This document shows positions 61,318 through 64,000 of a stretch of DNA of 64,000 nt, one piece after another; within the stretch, counting starts at the first letter, position 1, and every line of letters begins with the position of its first letter. Origin of the DNA: Anolis carolinensis (taxonomy: Eukaryota); NCBI RefSeq assembly GCF_035594765.1, contig NC_085843.1, positions 110,337,971 to 110,401,970 on the forward strand, in the 5' to 3' direction. The translations under genes were made by a program, and so were the position numbers. The notes beneath the pieces were generated by a model. That model did not search any database and was not told the origin of the DNA. It worked only from the letters and a program-made list of their open reading frames with translations.

Positions 61318-63594
61318 GTCACTCTGTAGTGACTATTAGAACTGATAGTCTTGAGGCTCAGTTCTCAAAAATCTCTAGTATCTATTTCCAATAGACACTA
61401 GAGACGAGATTAAAACACAATAATTTAATCTGCAGAATAACACTAATAACTACTGGACCATTAAGTGCTTTCAGTAGCACACACTGTTACTTTAATGAGG
61501 CAACAGGTTATGGATGCCACATTTAAGGTGACAACCTCTTTCTAGCTTTAAAAAGAAACCAAGGAAAGCTTTGCTTATTAGAGCTGTAGTTATTCATCAA
61601 ATGGGTTGAATGCTGTGGCGTCCTTCACAAGTTCCACATAATAACACTGAACTTGTGCTTTTTCTTGTCTCATTTTTGACAGCGGTTGTGCTTTAGCTGA
61701 AGATCCAAATGTTTTCAATACAGCTCCCCCAAACAGAACCAATGTTAAATCTTTTGTAACAGACTGCATGTTCTGAATTGTAGGCAGCAACAATTGCTAA
61801 CCAATATATTATAAGGCTGCCAAGGAAATTTCTAGTCCTTGCCAAGTAATTGCTATTTCTTTCCTTAAAAATACAAACAGGAATAATGCCAGAGCTTCAG
61901 AGGAAATGAAGGTACAATTTCCTTAGCTAATGACTGTCCACACTGAATAGTTATTTTCTCATACAAATAAGACCAGGAACCAGGTTGGCATTTGAGGCAG
62001 AAAATCGAAATGGACTCCCTTCTCAATGGTAAAATAATAATAAATGATACTGACAAGCAAGGAGTTTCTAGAAGGTCCTCACAATCTGATGCAGAAAGCA
62101 GCTCTCTTCCTCTGCATAATGCTTTTTTAAGTGGGTGAGAAATTGTTTTTGTTTTGCTGGCTTGCTTGTTTAATTCATATTCTGCCTTTCAGCCAAGGCT
62201 CACAAAATGGTTCATGATAAAATTTTAAACATAATGGAATTGTTTTGACTATTAAAACATTGCCAGAAAAATCTATATGCATCTACTCAGATTAAAGTGG
62301 TCTAAATAAAATGGGACTTACTCCTAAAACTGTAATCTAAGGGCTCATTCATCTACCTGGGCTTAATATCCTGTACTCACTGTGTGTTCAATTTTGTCCC
62401 TCTCCCTGATGTTCTGCCACTTCTGAAATCACAGGGTAAACCTAATTAACCTGGCTTAGCCCCCTGTTTTTTAAAAATGATGTGGGAAGCTCCAGAGTTT
62501 TCTTGACATTTTGATGCAACCCAGCAATTTTTAGTGCAGTGTGGACAACAGGACGAGATCCCATTTGAACTGGTCCAAAAGCCAGACTGGCCACCACTGC
62601 CATGCCCTTTTCTCTGCTCTCATCAACAGAGGAAAAGAAGATAGATTAGAGTGGTGTTGCTGCTTTTGCTGCTACTAGGTGGTTACAAAGCTTAATGGGA
62701 ACCCCTGGCTGTTGCTGGAACTCTGTTCTGCCATCAGAATAGGTGTGCCCATAAGATTTGCCCCCTATTTCTCTCTAGGACTTCATAGGGCTAAGATGGG
62801 GGAAAATGGGGGGAAATGTATTCTTTGCATGTAGAATCATATTCTTTGCGTGGGATTCCATCTTAAAAGATCTGAAGACGCGCAAAGCAGAGCCAACCCA
62901 AAATTCCTATATAAATTATTGTAGGAAAATATAAGAATAGGAATCATTAACGTAACTTGAAGAATTAAAATGGAATGTATTTTTGTTGGCATGTCCAATA
63001 CAAAGATCTGGCAAAGCATTTAAAGTGTTATTAATCAAAGAACTCAATTAGCATCATTAATCACTAATTGCCTGGTTATTATTCCTGATGCCCATTAAAC
63101 AGTATAATTACCAACAGCCATGTTCCATGCCATACATAGTCATAATATTTCGAAGAAATAAATAAAACTAAATTTAGGATGAGCAGTGAAAAGGAGGGTT
63201 CATAATTATTATGACAACCATAGTAACAAAAAGGGAGATTTTATATATATATATAATTTGGAAGGGACATGTGTTACTAGGATTGGGACAAAGTGTTATC
63301 ATACAAATCTGTTCATTGACATTGCAAGCTATCAGAGTCAAATTGGAATATGTTAACTCTTGTCTCCATCCATATACTGATGGAGAAGGAAGTTAATATT
63401 TCTTAATCTTTGAAACAAGACAGATTTTGTTATAGATGCATTCAACTAATGATGTCTTTCCATATGACTTACCTGTTAGACTTGGCAGAAAATGTGTTTT
63501 TTAGAATAAGAAATTATATAAGTCCTAAATACTCTTTTAGTCCTGATGAGTAAATCTACTGAACAAATTATATCTATCTCTGTGTACATTCATT

Positions 63595-64000
63595 ATTAAG
63601 CGGTCACCAAAATCCCAGGGAGAAGCGCAATAGAACACTTGCGACCCTGGAGAAGGAAAGGCGTGGTAGTCCTCATGACAGTCCCTTCGAGCTTAAGGTC
63701 CTGCTGTTGAATGCCAGGTCTGTTAATGGTAAGACCTCCGTCATCCAGGATTTACTCCTGGATGAGGGGGCAGACCTGGCCTGCATCACCGAGACCTGGT
63801 TGGATGAGCTGGGTGGGGTTAACCTCACTCAGCTGTGTCCTCCTGGTTTCGGGGTGCATCAGCAGGCCAGGCTCGGGGGGCGGGGAGGAGGGGTTGCGGT
63901 GGTCTTTCGGCAATCCATCGCCGTGGCCAGGTGCGCTGTTCCGCAAGCCTCAGGTTTTGAGTGTGTCCACCTGAGGGTAGGTGTCCGGGACAGTTTGGGG
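63595..64000 (+). mobile_element. L2/CR1-group LINE ORF2 APE endonuclease N-terminus (runs off the window)
   Basis: Manual translation from 63692: LKVLLLNARSVNGKTSVIQDLLLDEGADLACITETWL...RGGGVAVVFR. Confidence 0.88.

Noticed and set aside
61314-61322. ORF-track start (MTV) of the 140-aa ORF
   Set aside because: This GTG lies in the TSD outside the LTR; the first ATG is at 61313.

Overview
Repeat-rich vertebrate genomic DNA with no securely identifiable host gene and two assembly gaps. The transposon complement points to a squamate, most likely an Anolis lizard (inferred from family recognition, not from a search). It includes Sauria-type SINEs, 5S- and tRNA-derived SINEs, CR1, L2, L1, RTE, R4/Dong, Vingi, Penelope, hAT, mariner, Harbinger-type MITEs, a Helitron and three LTRs. 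The best lead is a young 1,137-bp solo LTR (60181-61317, minus strand, perfect 5-bp TSD). Its U3 region encodes an intact 137-aa acidic protein containing DIFAAPSDEESFEGF-x9-SSEE. This closely resembles, from memory, the LEDGF/p75-binding (IBM/TIM) motif at the N-terminus of CDCA7L/JPO2. Two other LTRs in the window also carry U3 reading frames that stop just before a TATA-like box, suggesting a family of LTR-encoded accessory proteins. Other notable structures are a multi-helix RNA in the 5' UTR of a full-length R4/Dong element, a twin-primed (5'-inverted) L1 inside a Penelope element with a decayed hammerhead ribozyme, a head-to-head RTE/SINE chimera, and a five-level nested transposon stack.
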